From NCBI RefSeq assembly GCF_018977255.1, contig NW_024704743.1, positions 50,160,001-50,224,000 on the forward strand: a stretch of DNA of 64,000 nt, read 5' to 3'. A program made the translations under genes and the position numbers. This DNA comes from Callorhinchus milii. Its lineage: Eukaryota. The stretch's first letter is position 1, and each line of letters opens with the position of its first letter. Below are positions 11,870 to 25,399 of this stretch, one piece after another. The notes under the pieces were generated by a model, which was given only the letters and a program-made list of their open reading frames with translations, was not told the origin of the DNA and did not search any database.

Positions 11870-12250
11870 TTGAATTAGGAAGGCAGTCAAGGTAACAGAG
11901 AGAGTGCAGGATTACAGAGAAGTGACTAAGATGATACAAGCAATGAGAAGAAACCACAGCTGTCTTCTGTACAACAAAGAAGGATAGGCAGAGACCCGAT
12001 ATACGTCATCAAAATTATGAACGGTTTTGATAACGTAAATAAGAAGAAACTATTTCCTCTGGTGGGTGAGTCACTAACTAGAGGACGTAAATTTAAGATC
12101 ATTACCAAAACAATTGAGAGGTTCAGGGACCTAAACATTAGGAACAGTGACATGTTCTGCACAGAAGGAAGTCCTTTGACTCATCATGTCTCTGAAATTT
12201 GGAATGTCCTACTAAAACCAGTGGTTGAAACAGAATTCATAATAGCTTTA
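11870..12250 (+). mobile_element. Old CR1 3' fragment
   Basis: KIMNGFDNVNKKKLFPLVGESLTRGRKFKI is a CR1 C-terminal motif. Confidence 0.7.
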
Positions 12251-13129
12251 AAATAATAGTAATCCTTACATTTGATATAACCGCAATGTTTCCCAATTGT
12301 AAACTGCTGTGACTGTACATTTAATAATAATAATGATGACTGTCTATTTGTAGCAAATCCAGAACTTATATAGTCAGGCTGGACCAATTCAGTGCTGGGG
12401 GTATGTTGTATTATCTGAGATGCAGTCCTTTGGATGAGACATTAAATCAAGGTCCCAAACACACAGTCGCTCCATTTCACAGTAAATTACATCAATAAAT
12501 CTAGGCTCGATTACACCAACTTCTTGCTTGTTGGCCTTCCCAACCCTTCCCTCCTGTAGGTAATTTTACTTGACACCACATTACTTTCAAAGATAGGTTT
12601 TATTTACATTTGAACAGACAAATCAACTACACTGTATCCCTTATACAGATATACTAGGCAACAGACAGAATCTAAATCATATTACTCAGTACTCCTCTTT
12701 CCCTCTTAATGGTCTCTTTCTTGCTGGAGATAAATTCCCTCATCCATGTACATATACATACAGTAGAATCAATATTGATTCCACTGGGAAGTGCACTGAC
12801 CCTCTACACAACTTCAACTATTTCAAAGTTATATCTTTTATGCTTTTCTAACTCCACCTCCCCTGGTCATAGAGGTAGGCCCCATCCTTTGCAAGCTGCT
12901 TTGCACAGAGAGAGATGTGGACAATTTTTTGGCAGCCTTCCACAGCCTGCTTGTTTCTCATATGAAATGTAAGAATGTATGTAAATGTAAATATGAAATT
13001 TAATCAGAAGCTAACCTTAACACGTCCAGCAAAGCTACTTTTAAGCCCCAATTTATCTGGAACATTTGGTTGCTGCTATCAATATTCCAATGTATCCTGA
13101 GGTGATAGTCACTATATTTCAACACTCCA

Positions 13130-13625
13130 CAAGCTGCATATCATTCCGAACTCTGCAGCGTGAGTCCTCTCCTGCACCAGGCTCTGTGACCCTCTCACCC
13201 CCGCACGGCTCCATTGGCTCACCATCCACCAGAGGATAGAGTTCAAAAATCGTCATCCTCGTCTTCAAAGCTCTCTACAGCCTTACTCCTTCCTACCTCT
13301 CTGACCTGCTGACTGCATATCGACCTGTCTGCTCCCTCCGCTCTGCTTCACATGCCTCGCCCGGCCCACCCCACCATCGGTGATCGGGCCTTCAGCCTCT
13401 CTGCCTCCACCGTTTGGGACTCCATTGCAGTCCCTTTGGCTTGTTCCCTCGACTCCTTCGTCACATCTTAAAAGCCTCCTCTTCGAATGCGCTTTCAGTC
13501 ACCTTCGTAACCCTACCCTCCCCGCGCTCCACCCCTACTGACCCCAACCCCCGCTTAGGTCCAAATCCTGACAGTTCAGCACCTTGGAACATCCTTCCAA
13601 CATGAAAGGCGCTATGTAAATGTAA
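13130..13625 (+). mobile_element. L2 LINE 3' fragment
   Basis: CTCCATTGGCTC..ATCCACCAGAGGATAGAGTTCAAAA (LHWL...RIEFK) plus the GAAAGGCGCTAT tail. Confidence 0.8.
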
Positions 13626-14142
13626 TATACTAAATGTAAGGATGATCATTAATATTTAATATTTCAAATGATTTGAGATTTCAACCTCTTTCAGATTTAA
13701 AGATGTATTAACATATTACCTGAATAAATAAAGGAGTTTTTCCTGGTTCTCTGCCAAAATTCAGTTATAGCTGGTATTAAATATGCAAAAAGGCCTAGAG
13801 AATGCAAGTAGAAATTTTGAAGCTTTAAGTAAAGCTCGAAATTAGAAGAAATTGCTAGAGATCCCTCCAACTTGCTCCCTACCCTCTTTCAACGTTATGC
13901 ATCAAAACATATCTCTTTGACTGCACTTATGGTCATCTTTCCTCTCCTGATCTCCCTCGGTTCCCACCCACAGCTCTGATGCCCAGCCGGAATTATCAGT
14001 AGATTTGGGACGTCTTCCCGGCATGAAAGGTACTATATAAGAATAAATTGTATTTTAATGTAAATATGTGCAATACAACACCAATCAAATAAGCAAAGAC
14101 TACAGCGATTGGGTCCTTTTAAAACTAAGTGTTAAGTATTTA

Positions 14143-14631
14143 GAAGTCCTGTAGCATATTGGTTAGAGCACTTGCTTTGCAAGCGTGAGGACACAGGTTC
14201 GAATCTCGGGCAGGGTGAAACCTTAGGCAAGTTTTCCTTAATCCACACGTCTCTGTTTATCTAGTAGTAAGTAGGAACCTGGCTGTTAATCGATTGGCAA
14301 ATCACTTTCTGAGAGTAATAATCCATTCAAAGNAAAAAAATTGGGTCACTCAATTCTGTGCACAATTGACTGCCGCGTTTCGCCCACAATATATAGTCAA
14401 TTGACTTTATAGTAACAAAAACAGAAGTTGTTGGGAACCCTCAGCAGGTCAGGCAGCATCTATGGAGAAAGTGAGTCAACGTTTCGGGTCCACGACCTTC
14501 ATCAGAACTGGGGCATGTTGGGAGGTAGAGGCTTAAAGAGCAAATCACTTTACAGTGTATTGTTTGAAGTGCTTTGAGACATTTTAATGATTTAATAAGG
14601 TGCTATATCAAATGCAAGGATTATTATTATT
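14143..14631 (+). mobile_element. tRNA-SINE interrupted by a Penelope-type fragment (about 14415-14540)
   Basis: Head and body run to about 14412, then a foreign segment, then the tail resumes at CACTTTACAGTGTA...(ATT)n. Confidence 0.8.
14474..14509 (-). ncRNA. Minimal type-I hammerhead ribozyme motif (Penelope-associated)
   Basis: Minus strand AGUU-CUGAUGA-AGGUC(GUG)GACCC-GAAAC-GUU-GACU: intact core, stem II hairpin, stem I AGUU/GACU and palindromic ACGU for a dimeric stem III. Confidence 0.55.
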
Positions 14632-15026
14632 TAAGAAAAATGAAGGCTGTTGAGTCTTAGTCACACTAAATGGAGGTGATCAAATACAGAAATGTCACGC
14701 GTGGAGTGCAGTCCCGAAGCGCTTACTGACTGTGTATTTGTTGGCCCGCAACTGTGTCCTACAAACAGCCATGAAAAGAATGAACAATTTTAATTGGGAG
14801 GGGGTGGATCGTTAGCAGTAAAATGCAACGTATTTAAAGCGAGAATAAATAATAATTTTTAAAAAGATGCATTTGAAATTCAGCACTTTTGTTTTTCTTG
14901 TGTGTTTCACCCACGTGATAGTCAACCCACTCGGCAGGATCATTTCTTTTTGAAGCGCTTTGAGACGTCTCAATGATGTGATCAGGCGCTGTATCAGATG
15001 CAAGGATTATTATTATTATAAATAAG

Positions 15027-15870
15027 CAGTGGATGGGTGAGTGAGTAGGTGAGTGAGTGAGTGAGTAGGTGAGTGAGTGAGTGAGTGAGTGGGTGGGTGA
15101 GTGAGTGAGTGAGTGGGTGAGTGGGTCAGTGAGTGGGTGGGTGAGTGAGTGGGTCAGTGAGTGGGTGGGTGAGTGAGTGAGTGAGTGGGTGAGTGGGTCA
15201 GTGAGTGGGTGGGTGAGTGATTGGGTCAGTGAGTGGGTGGGTGAGTGAGTGGGTCAGTGAGTGGGTGGGTGAGTGGGTCAGTGAGTGAGTGGGTGAGTGA
15301 GTGGGTCAGTGAGTGGGTGGGTGAGTGAGTGGGTCAGTGAGTGGGTGGGTGAGTGGGCCAGTGAGTGAGTGGGTGAGTGAGTGGGTCAGTGAGTGGGTGA
15401 GTGAGTGAGTGGGTCAGTGAGTGGGTGAGTGGTCAGTGAGTGGCTGGGTGGGTCAGTGGGTGAGTGAGTGGGTCAGTGGGTGAGTGAGTGGGTGGTCAGT
15501 GAGTGGGTCAGTGGGTGGGTGGGTGGTCAGTGAGTGGGTGGGTGGTCAGTGAGTGGGTCAGTGGGTGGGTGGTCAGTGAGTGGGTCAGTGGGTGGTCAGT
15601 GAGTGGGTCAGTGAGTGGGTGGGTGGTCAGTGAGTGGGTCAGTGGGTGGGTGGGTGGTCAGTGAGTGGGTCAGTGAGTGGGTGGGTGGTCGGTGAGTGGG
15701 TCAGTGGGTGAGTGGGTGGGTGGTCAGTGAGTGGGTCAGTGGGTGGTCAGTGGGTGTGGGTGGTCAGTGGGTGGGTGGGGGGTCAGTGGGTGGGTGGGGG
15801 GGTCAGTGGGTGGTCAGTGGGTGGGTGGGTGGTCAGTGAGTGGGTGGGGGGTCAGTGGGTCAGTGGGTGG
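15027..15870. repeat. (GTGA/GTGG/GTCA)n compound microsatellite
   Basis: Tetramer-based array grading from GAGT to GGGTCAGT units. Confidence 0.95.
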
Positions 15871-16269
15871 TGATGGCTGAGCACAGCCCCTGTGTGTGTC
15901 GGTAGTGGACCATTGCTCACGAGCCGCAGCGCACAGATTCTCTGTGTGCGCGCGCACGTGACCTGCAGTGGCTGAGCTGCCCCACTCATTCGCCAGATAC
16001 AGTTTGCACCGCGGGCGCGGCTCGGTGTGCGGGTGTGCGGTGCGGTCAGTGCAAAGCTCAGACTCCTTCTCTGGTCATCGCACATCCGCTTTGCTTTTGC
16101 GGCCCAGAAAAAAAAAAACCGTTGCGTTTTACGGTATTTTAAGGTGTTTGTGTGGGTGAGAAAGGCGACTGCGGGGGCACCGGCGGCGGGTCTTACAGTC
16201 GCCGAGCGCGAGGCCCCCGGGTACACGCGTTAGGAGCAGCGACGAGAGGCGGAGAGACAGTCAGTGCCC

Positions 16270-16660
16270 CCACACACCGCACACACCGCGGCCTCTCCCC
16301 CCCACACACACACACCGCGGCCTCTCCCCCCCCCACACCCCCCCCCCCCCACACACCGCGGCCTCTCCCCCCACACCACCGCGGCCTCTCCCCCCCACAC
16401 ACCGCGGCCTCTCCCCCCCCACACCCCCCCCCCCACACACCGCGGCCTCTCCCCCCCACACACACACCCCGCGGCCTCTCCCCCCCCCCCCACCCCCTGT
16501 ACACACACCGCGGCCTCTCCCCCCCACACACCCCCCACACACACCGCGGCCTCTCCCCCCCCACACCCCCCACACACCGCGGCCTCTCCCCCCCCCACCC
16601 CCCACACACCGCGGCCTCTCCCCCCCACACACCCCCTGTACACACACCGCGGCCTCTCCT
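16270..16660. repeat. C-rich minisatellite, 12 copies of CCGCGGCCTCTC + C/CA tracts
   Basis: 12 CCGCGGCCTCTC cores counted between 16286 and 16658. Confidence 0.95.
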
Positions 16661-16727
16661 GGTCCCCCCCCGCGCGGCCCCCGACAGACACATTACGATT
16701 CATCGAGTTATTGCCGTCCTTTGCGCG

Positions 16728-16793
16728 ATGGGGCGAAGGAAGAACAGACCCAGAAATCGGGACAGGAACGAGAGCACTGGCGCCGGAGCCGCT
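16728..16793 (+). CDS. NSUN2: tRNA (cytosine-5)-methyltransferase NSUN2, coding exon 1
   Basis: GCGATGG start gives MGRRKNRPRNRDRNESTGAGAA, the basic MGRR N-terminus typical of NSUN2. Donor GTAAGT at 16794. Confidence 0.88.
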
Positions 16794-16895
16794 GTAAGTC
16801 CAGTCAGTCCAGAGAATAGATAACTTACTGGTGTTAGATTAACTCACACCTCAATAGACCCTGAATCCCGTTTGTAGCCTCTACCGCCCCCCGCT

Positions 16896-17058
16896 TGTTG
16901 GGCTGTGTTGGGTTGTGTTGGGTTGGGTTGTGTTGGGTTGGGTTGTGTTGGGCTGGGCTGGGTGGGCTGGGTTTGGGGTTGGGCTGGGTTGGGTTGGGCT
17001 GGGCTGGGTTGGGTTGTGTTGGGCTGGGCTGGGTTGGGTTGGGTTGGGCTGGGCTGGG
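16896..17058. repeat. (GGGTT/GGGCT/GTGTT)n pentamer microsatellite in NSUN2 intron 1
   Basis: Direct reading of the pentamer array. Confidence 0.95.
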
Positions 17059-17819
17059 AAGCGTCTCAAAGCATTTCACAAGATTGATTGTAAGTTGGAG
17101 TTGGTTCCTTTATTTGTTGGCATTGACTCAGCCTGCACACAGCAATGACCCAAAACAGCCATACAACAAATGAGCAATGTTACCTGGGGGATGGTTGGCC
17201 AGGACACAGGGAGAAAGGACCTGGGTTTAATGTCTCATCCAAAGGACCCCCACCTCTGACAACGCATCACACCCCCAGCTCTGCATTACAGTGTCAGCCT
17301 CGACTATGGAAGTTCAAGTTCTCATGTTGGGTTTGAACTCATAAGCTTCTGACTCAGGTGAGAGTGCGACCAACCGAGCCAGACTTATTGGCAATCTCCC
17401 CCTCCGCTGCCCTGAATCTTTATTCAGTATGTTTTGAAGCTCATTAATATCAATAATTTAAGATCAACATTAACCACCCAAGAGTCCATGCTTTGCTGAT
17501 TTTTTGGGGGTCAGGCAATTGTCTGTCACATGAAGAAACCTATTACCATGTTTGAGTGTATCGAAAACAAACTGAGAGTTCTATGCATTCTACCTGTACA
17601 TGGAAATTCCCAAGATACTTAGTGGAAAGAATCCCTGCCCCCAGTGACTCATTTGCTCCTCAAAAACCCATTGATGAGCCAGGCTGGCTGGGCTGCCATC
17701 AGCAGTGCCTGGACAACCGAGACCACCACAAAAGATTCATAGGATTGATTTTGCCAGTTGCCAAGTACGTTACCTTGGAGCCAGTTCAGCTTCAAGGAGC
17801 TCTCCCACCTTCCAGGATA

Positions 17820-18185
17820 ATAATAGTAACAAATCCTTGCATTTGATGTAGAGCTTATCACATCTTTGAGATGTCGCAAAGCGCTTCACAGAATATACTG
17901 TAAAGTGAATTGACTGTATAGTTTATGGGTGAAACGCGGCAGCCAATTGCACACAGCGGTGTCCCACAAACAGTCGTGGATTAAGTGACTGATTTATTAT
18001 TTTTTGAAGGCATTATTACCTCTGGAAAGCAATCCTCCAATCGACTAACAACCGGGTTCTTACTTACTGCTAGGTAAACAGAGGGGTCTGGAGTAAGGAA
18101 ACTTTTCCAGTGTTTCGCCCTGCCGGGAATTGACCCTAGGTCTCATTTGCAAAGCGAGTGCTCTAACCACTGAACTACAGGACTC
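17820..18185 (-). mobile_element. tRNA-SINE, longer subfamily
   Basis: Head GAGTCCTGTAGTTCAGTGGTTAGAGCACTCGCTTTGCA on the minus strand; same tail. Confidence 0.85.
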
Positions 18186-18808
18186 TGAAACCAGTGAACT
18201 ACAGGATAGTTGCTTGACATCCAAAAAAGTTTTAGAAATCAATCGCAACATATAGAACATGACACCAGAGCTGAGCATTTCACAAGATGCACTTTTTATC
18301 TTCTTTGCACTTGTATACAGTCGTAATGACCGTACTCTAATAATAGTCTAGTGACTTGATCAGCCTTGCTCAGTTGGTAGGAATCAAGCCAGAAAGTTGA
18401 GGGTTCAAACCCCAAGTCAGGACTTTGAACTTATAGTCTAGGCCAGTGGTGGCCAACCTGCCAAGATGAGCCCCTCCCCCGAACATTTGCACAAGTCTAG
18501 GTAAGACCATGTTCGATCAGTGGTGTGTTTTCAGTTTCTTTTTCTTGGTTTGATTCATGGCATTTTGGCTAAACAAAATTGGTCACTTCACCTCATGGCT
18601 CTTTGTAGGACATTGCTGTGCATAAATTAGCTGTTCCATTTGCCTACAAAATGTACAGTCATTGCAGTTTACAATAAATCCTTTAAAGAATTTTGACAAG
18701 TCCTCCTGATATGGAAGGCCATATCATATGTAAATGGTTTAATATTATGAAATTGTTATCTGCTCTGTTCCGTTGGGTTCAGATGAGTTTAATTGCAGTC
18801 TATTTTAA

Positions 18809-19057
<249 letters not shown>

Positions 19058-19795
19058 TAAGGCTGAAACCCTGAAATGGAAAAGGGAAGTAAACTCGATT
19101 TAATTTCATTCCAGATTAGCCTAGAGTACACAATACGATTAAGCTTGGGTATCTTCCGGACGTGAAATATAAATTTGGCGTTGAACATTATTTATAATAT
19201 CTGGTTTGTGCAGATGTAGCTATTTTCCATTTTAATCTTGTGTTTTGACCACCATACAAGATGTAGTTTATGAACGAGATGCACTGTGCTATCCTGAAAT
19301 CTATGGGGATAAAAGCTAAAAAAAACTGATGGGTGTAAATTTCAAGTGTTTCAAAGTAAAATTTAAAGTGGGAATTTTAGCAATTAGTTGTGTATAATTG
19401 ACTAAAATTAACCGATTTTACAAAGAAACAAAAAAAGCACAATAAGTAATGGTAAACAAAAAGAAATGTTAAGACTGTTGATTAGGTTAGATTGCTTTAA
19501 ATTCAGACATGATTTGCAGTCTTTCTTGCATAATGCAGATGCCTTGAGATGAAGGTTTATACCCATTAAACACAATGGGGGGTGGGGGGAGGTGGGGGTT
19601 GGTAGGAGAAGTTTGACTGGCTATTTTTCAGAAACGGTTTGCATCACAGCCACTTGTTGGTAAGACAGATAAACTGCACCATAGAGTTTGGTAGCTATAT
19701 GCTTCTTAAAATAAATGCAATACTTCATTCCTGTATTATGTTTGTGTACACATGCACAAACCCTAACCCTAAACCAAATTTCATTAAAAGCTTAA

Positions 19796-19969
<174 letters not shown>

Positions 19970-20028
19970 TAAGAAGCAGAAATACTAAAGAGGTGTTTGG
20001 AGGTTTTTCTTTTAAATGATTGGACTAA

Positions 20029-20199
<171 letters not shown>

Positions 20200-20842
20200 T
20201 AAGAAAACGTTTGTTAGTCTGAGATACTTATATGGAGAAGGACATAATTCGTATAAAGTTATTTGTTCCATAAATATTGTTATTTTCTTATCAAAATCTG
20301 TATTTGCACAATTTTCAATAAATATTGTGCAGCTGTGTATTTCTGCATTGGTCATTTCTTACTCCTTTTGGCTTCTGTATATTCAATACAGGGTTTAAAG
20401 ATGTTCATTCAAAAATTAGTTCAAAAATGTCCAGGAGCTACTGGAAATTTTGTAAATTGCTGGAATTATAGATTATATATTTCTATATTTATAATAGTCC
20501 CTTGATATTTGTACAATTTTTCATTTGGGGCATTGTGTTAAACATCAGAAATATAAACTTCAAATTGCTTGAAGGTTTCCTTGTGGGCCATTCTACACAT
20601 AATTTATAGCTGTAATCTGTTTCATCTGAAAAATGAATGTGATATAGCATATGTGAATGTCTCTTTCTGCTCCTATGCTTAAGTGGTTAATTTTTACAAC
20701 AATTGTAACTAGACGTGTTTATATTAGGCCAGAACACTAATTCCTGTGAATTAGTGATTTAAAGGAAGTCTTTGAGACTTCCTCCCAACATGAAAGATGA
20801 AATATCAAATACCAGGCTTATTATATTATTATTTATTAATAA

Positions 20843-21091
<249 letters not shown>

Positions 21092-22407
21092 TAGGTCAGA
21101 GTGATAGCAGAAATTGATTTTCTTTTAGTCAGCACGTAAAGGATGACCCAAAAGTAAGAATTTTCCTCTCCCAGGTTCAACTATTATCACTATAATCCAC
21201 TAGTTGTTCCCAAGGTGGTTCATTCCACCCGAAGACATGGCAAGTCAGAATTTTTTGCAAAGCAAGTACGGATAAAGGATTGATATCCAAGACCCATTGT
21301 ATTTACGTTGGTAAACTGTGTGGTTGTCTTATTCCAAGTGCTTTCTTGCTATTTCCCCCAGAGGGCACTGGAAGGCAGTGCAATGTTGGTTCACTCTTGT
21401 CGAGAACCAGAATGACACTTCAGGAAGTAATATAGTTTGCTCTTCAATACTCCGCTAGAATTTTATCAATGTTTTATATCTATAAATATTGGTTTATATT
21501 TAAAAACTTAAGTTAGCTACATTTTAACTAATGTAATAATGATTTATCATGATGCATTTTAAAGTGTGACCAGTACTGTTTTTAGGTAAACATTAGGAGC
21601 TTTCCCATTTAGCTACATTGTACACACATGACTGATGTAGGTGGTGCCCTAGATTTCTCTGGTTATAACCTGGGCCAATAGAAAAATGCGGCTGCACTTT
21701 GCCCGCAGAATCTGCTATGAATGTCCTTCTCTGCTACAAGCCGGCTGCAAGTGTAGTTTTTTGCCTCTCGCTGTTTACCTGACATCACAGTGGGTGGGAT
21801 GGCTGTGTGTGTGTTTATGAGTGTCTCAGTGAATTGTCTTTCGCTTTCCCAGGATCTTGTACTCCAGGATGGACTTGGAGTTTTAGGTAGGAGGTGATCA
21901 GAGGAGAGACAAGGAAATAGTTAACCAATTGACAAAAGACTAGTTATAGTAAAGACAAGAAGAAACATTGGCAGTAAAACGGAAATGCATGCAAAAAAGT
22001 ATAAGAAATAAATAATGACTATCAAAGTGGCAGACATCATAATGGGTTTGACATTGCTACTTATCTCTTTGAAAATACACTAAATGATTACCATTCTTTT
22101 AATGTACTTTTGATGTCTTCATCAATGTTACGTGCTTGTTCAGAATTCTATCTCCGAGTTTCATTCTCCCGCTATCTAGAAATGCTATTTGTCCATTAAT
22201 AGAATACTGTCACTTAAAGTTACATTTACGCACCATTTCATAAATAGGGATATAGCTGTAGTACTATGCTAAATTGCTGCAATGCACAGTTGCAGTGACA
22301 TATGTGCATTGTCACAGCCAAATTTTGAATGTGAAGTGAGTGAGCTTATGATCCATTGCATTTAATGAAATGTGTCAAAACCTTGTGAACCTTTTCTTTG
22401 TTGTTAG

Positions 22408-22635
<228 letters not shown>

Positions 22636-23682
22636 TGAAGTAAATCCTGCTTACTATATTGACAGCCTAATCAAAGTGTCTGCATCAAAAGTTTTTTTTG
22701 GTTAGCAAGGAGCTGACACATGCAGAAACTCTCAACTTGCTTTAGAGTATCTAATCCAGAGTTCTACCTCTGCATATGCCACATAACCATGGAAATGTTT
22801 CTGTGCCTGGAATGGAATGCACACCCTCTCTGCGGAGAGATTCCGTAAAGTGTTAGGTGCAATTTCGCAAGTGTGTTTGGTTACTAAATGATTTGGATTC
22901 AGGTATTGGAGATGTTTTGTCAAAATTTGCAGACGACACCAAACTGAGCACTCATTCCCTGGAGAGACACGCTCTGCTTACCTAAATATTAGAAGCTGGT
23001 TGGCAAGAACCAAGGCTTGGGGACCCAAGAATATATGTTGGGAAACTTCTGGAGTCTAACCAGCTAAAACCACATAGCTTGCTATTGAGAGCACTGTCAG
23101 GCAAGCTTTCTTGCTGCTCGTCCAGCTAGGACTATCCTACCAGTTAGGGGTTTGGTTTGCAGGGTTAACAGGAGCTGAGGCCCAGTGACTGGTCTGCCTT
23201 TCCAAGTCCTGCCATGAGCCAGGCTGCCTGTTCTGTCATCAACAGTGCCCTGGATTACTGTGGCCCCGCCTGACTCAGGAACCGGACTGCTCAATTCGGA
23301 CAATCCATTCCCAAACATGTCACCTTGAAGCCCATTCAGCTTCAAGGAGACCCCAGTTATCTCCCTCCCGCACCTCCTCCTCCAAGGATAATAGTCATTT
23401 GTTGGACATTTGACATCTGACGAGCATGGTTTGCACAGAGGTGAATTAATTTCACGTTGATTCCCAGCATATTGTCTCACTAGAATGTCTGAAGGGCACA
23501 GTTGTTGAGGGATTCAGAGCATGTCCAGAAGCCAGCGGAGTTTGAGCAGTTATTTTTAGAAATGACTTTGTGCCCTTGTGACTTCTGTTTGAAGCCATTA
23601 CAATTTGTGTTGTGATTTGATTTTTCTTTTGATAAATGTTTGAAAGCTCAACTCAAAGTCAGGATTTTAACAAAAATACTAA

Positions 23683-23982
<300 letters not shown>

Positions 23983-24688
23983 TGAAATATCTAATGTAGA
24001 TAACTCTGCCAACATTGACATTCATGTCTGATGGTAACAATTGGGTTCTTACTAATTGGGTACTATTTTTATTGGATTTGCGCTTCTGAAGATTATTATT
24101 GTTTAATATAAATAAAACAGGTCATTCTGGGATAATTTCACCCTCCTTTTCATTTAGGCTTCCTGAACAGTCAAAATGTATTTTTGGACGGAAAACTTTA
24201 TTTTCTAATTTATGAATTTATAGAGGGAAAAATGCAATTATTTATAGTTTTAAGCATTCATTTTATTATGTTTTTTAAAACTTCTTAAATTAGTTGGTTA
24301 TGGATACTTTGAGATACTTTTTTTTTGTCTCCTCTAAGTTTTTTTGACTTTTCTCATTATGGGGGTTTGAGCTTGCATGGAGACCAGTCACCCTCTGTTA
24401 TAGCATCCAAGTATCCATTATTTATGTCTTAGTTATGACTGTGTGTCAACTGTGCAATTGCGTTATGGTCATATCTATAGTCAATGTCTCATGTGTCTGG
24501 ACTTGTTCGGTGAGTTTATGCTGCCAAAGATGTTTTGTTCCCCACTGAAAAAGAGCATTTCATCCCTGTTACTTCGTGAATATTGTTGCCTACCTTCAAT
24601 TGAGGTGTCCTGGTAGTGCAAATTATGCAACGCTCGAGACACATTTTGAATTTGGGTGACGAGAAATGGTTCATTTGTTTATTTTTGA

Positions 24689-24793
<105 letters not shown>

Positions 24794-25399
24794 TAAGTCC
24801 ATTGATTCTTTTATATGTAATGTAGACAGTAGGTTTTATGTTCTATATTTACACTATGTCTATTGATCTGACACAATACTGCCTTCAGAGTGGTAAATAG
24901 AAACAGAACAATAATAAACTGAAGCATTCAGTTCTTATTTGGCAACTGAAAATAACAGAAGCAGAGTTGCAAACTAGGGTACAAGATCTGTCAACCAAAG
25001 AGCTTGTGTACACTTACAAAATAATAATTACACTTTACAATATATTCTGTCAATTGCTTTGAGTTGCCCTCTGGACTTGAAAGGTGCTGTATCAAATGTA
25101 AGGATAATTGTATTATTTACTTCCATAATTCGCCCATAAATTAATCAGTCAATTTACTTTACAGTATATTCTTTGAAGCACTTTGAGATGTCTCAACAAC
25201 ATGATGAGGCGCTATATCAAATGCAAGGATTATTATTATTATAACAACACATGGTTAATATGAATCTTCTGTCCCGCTTCTGTCTTAGCTTCCCTTCAAG
25301 TGATTTCTATGGGATGTAGCTGTTTTGTTGTGGTATTAAAATTCTGAAGAATCGTACAGATTGCAAGTTAATTTTTCCTGTTTCAAATTCTGTTCGCTG

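Larger units (their letters stand above)
15880..16800 (+). promoter_or_regulatory. CpG island / NSUN2 promoter with E-box
   Basis: CpG-dense. CACGTG at 15955-15960 overlaps the palindrome TGCGCGCGCA (NRF1-like); lies upstream of the NSUN2 ATG. Confidence 0.7.

Noticed and set aside
14333..14333. Ambiguous base n
   Set aside because: A sequencing or assembly ambiguity beside an A-run within a SINE, with no biological meaning.
16896..17058. Telomere-like G-rich repeat
   Set aside because: The units are GGGTT/GGGCT pentamers, not TTAGGG.
16152..17173. ORFs of 60-223 aa around NSUN2 exon 1
   Set aside because: Products of the C-rich and pentamer repeats. Only 16728-16793 fits the spliced NSUN2 frame.
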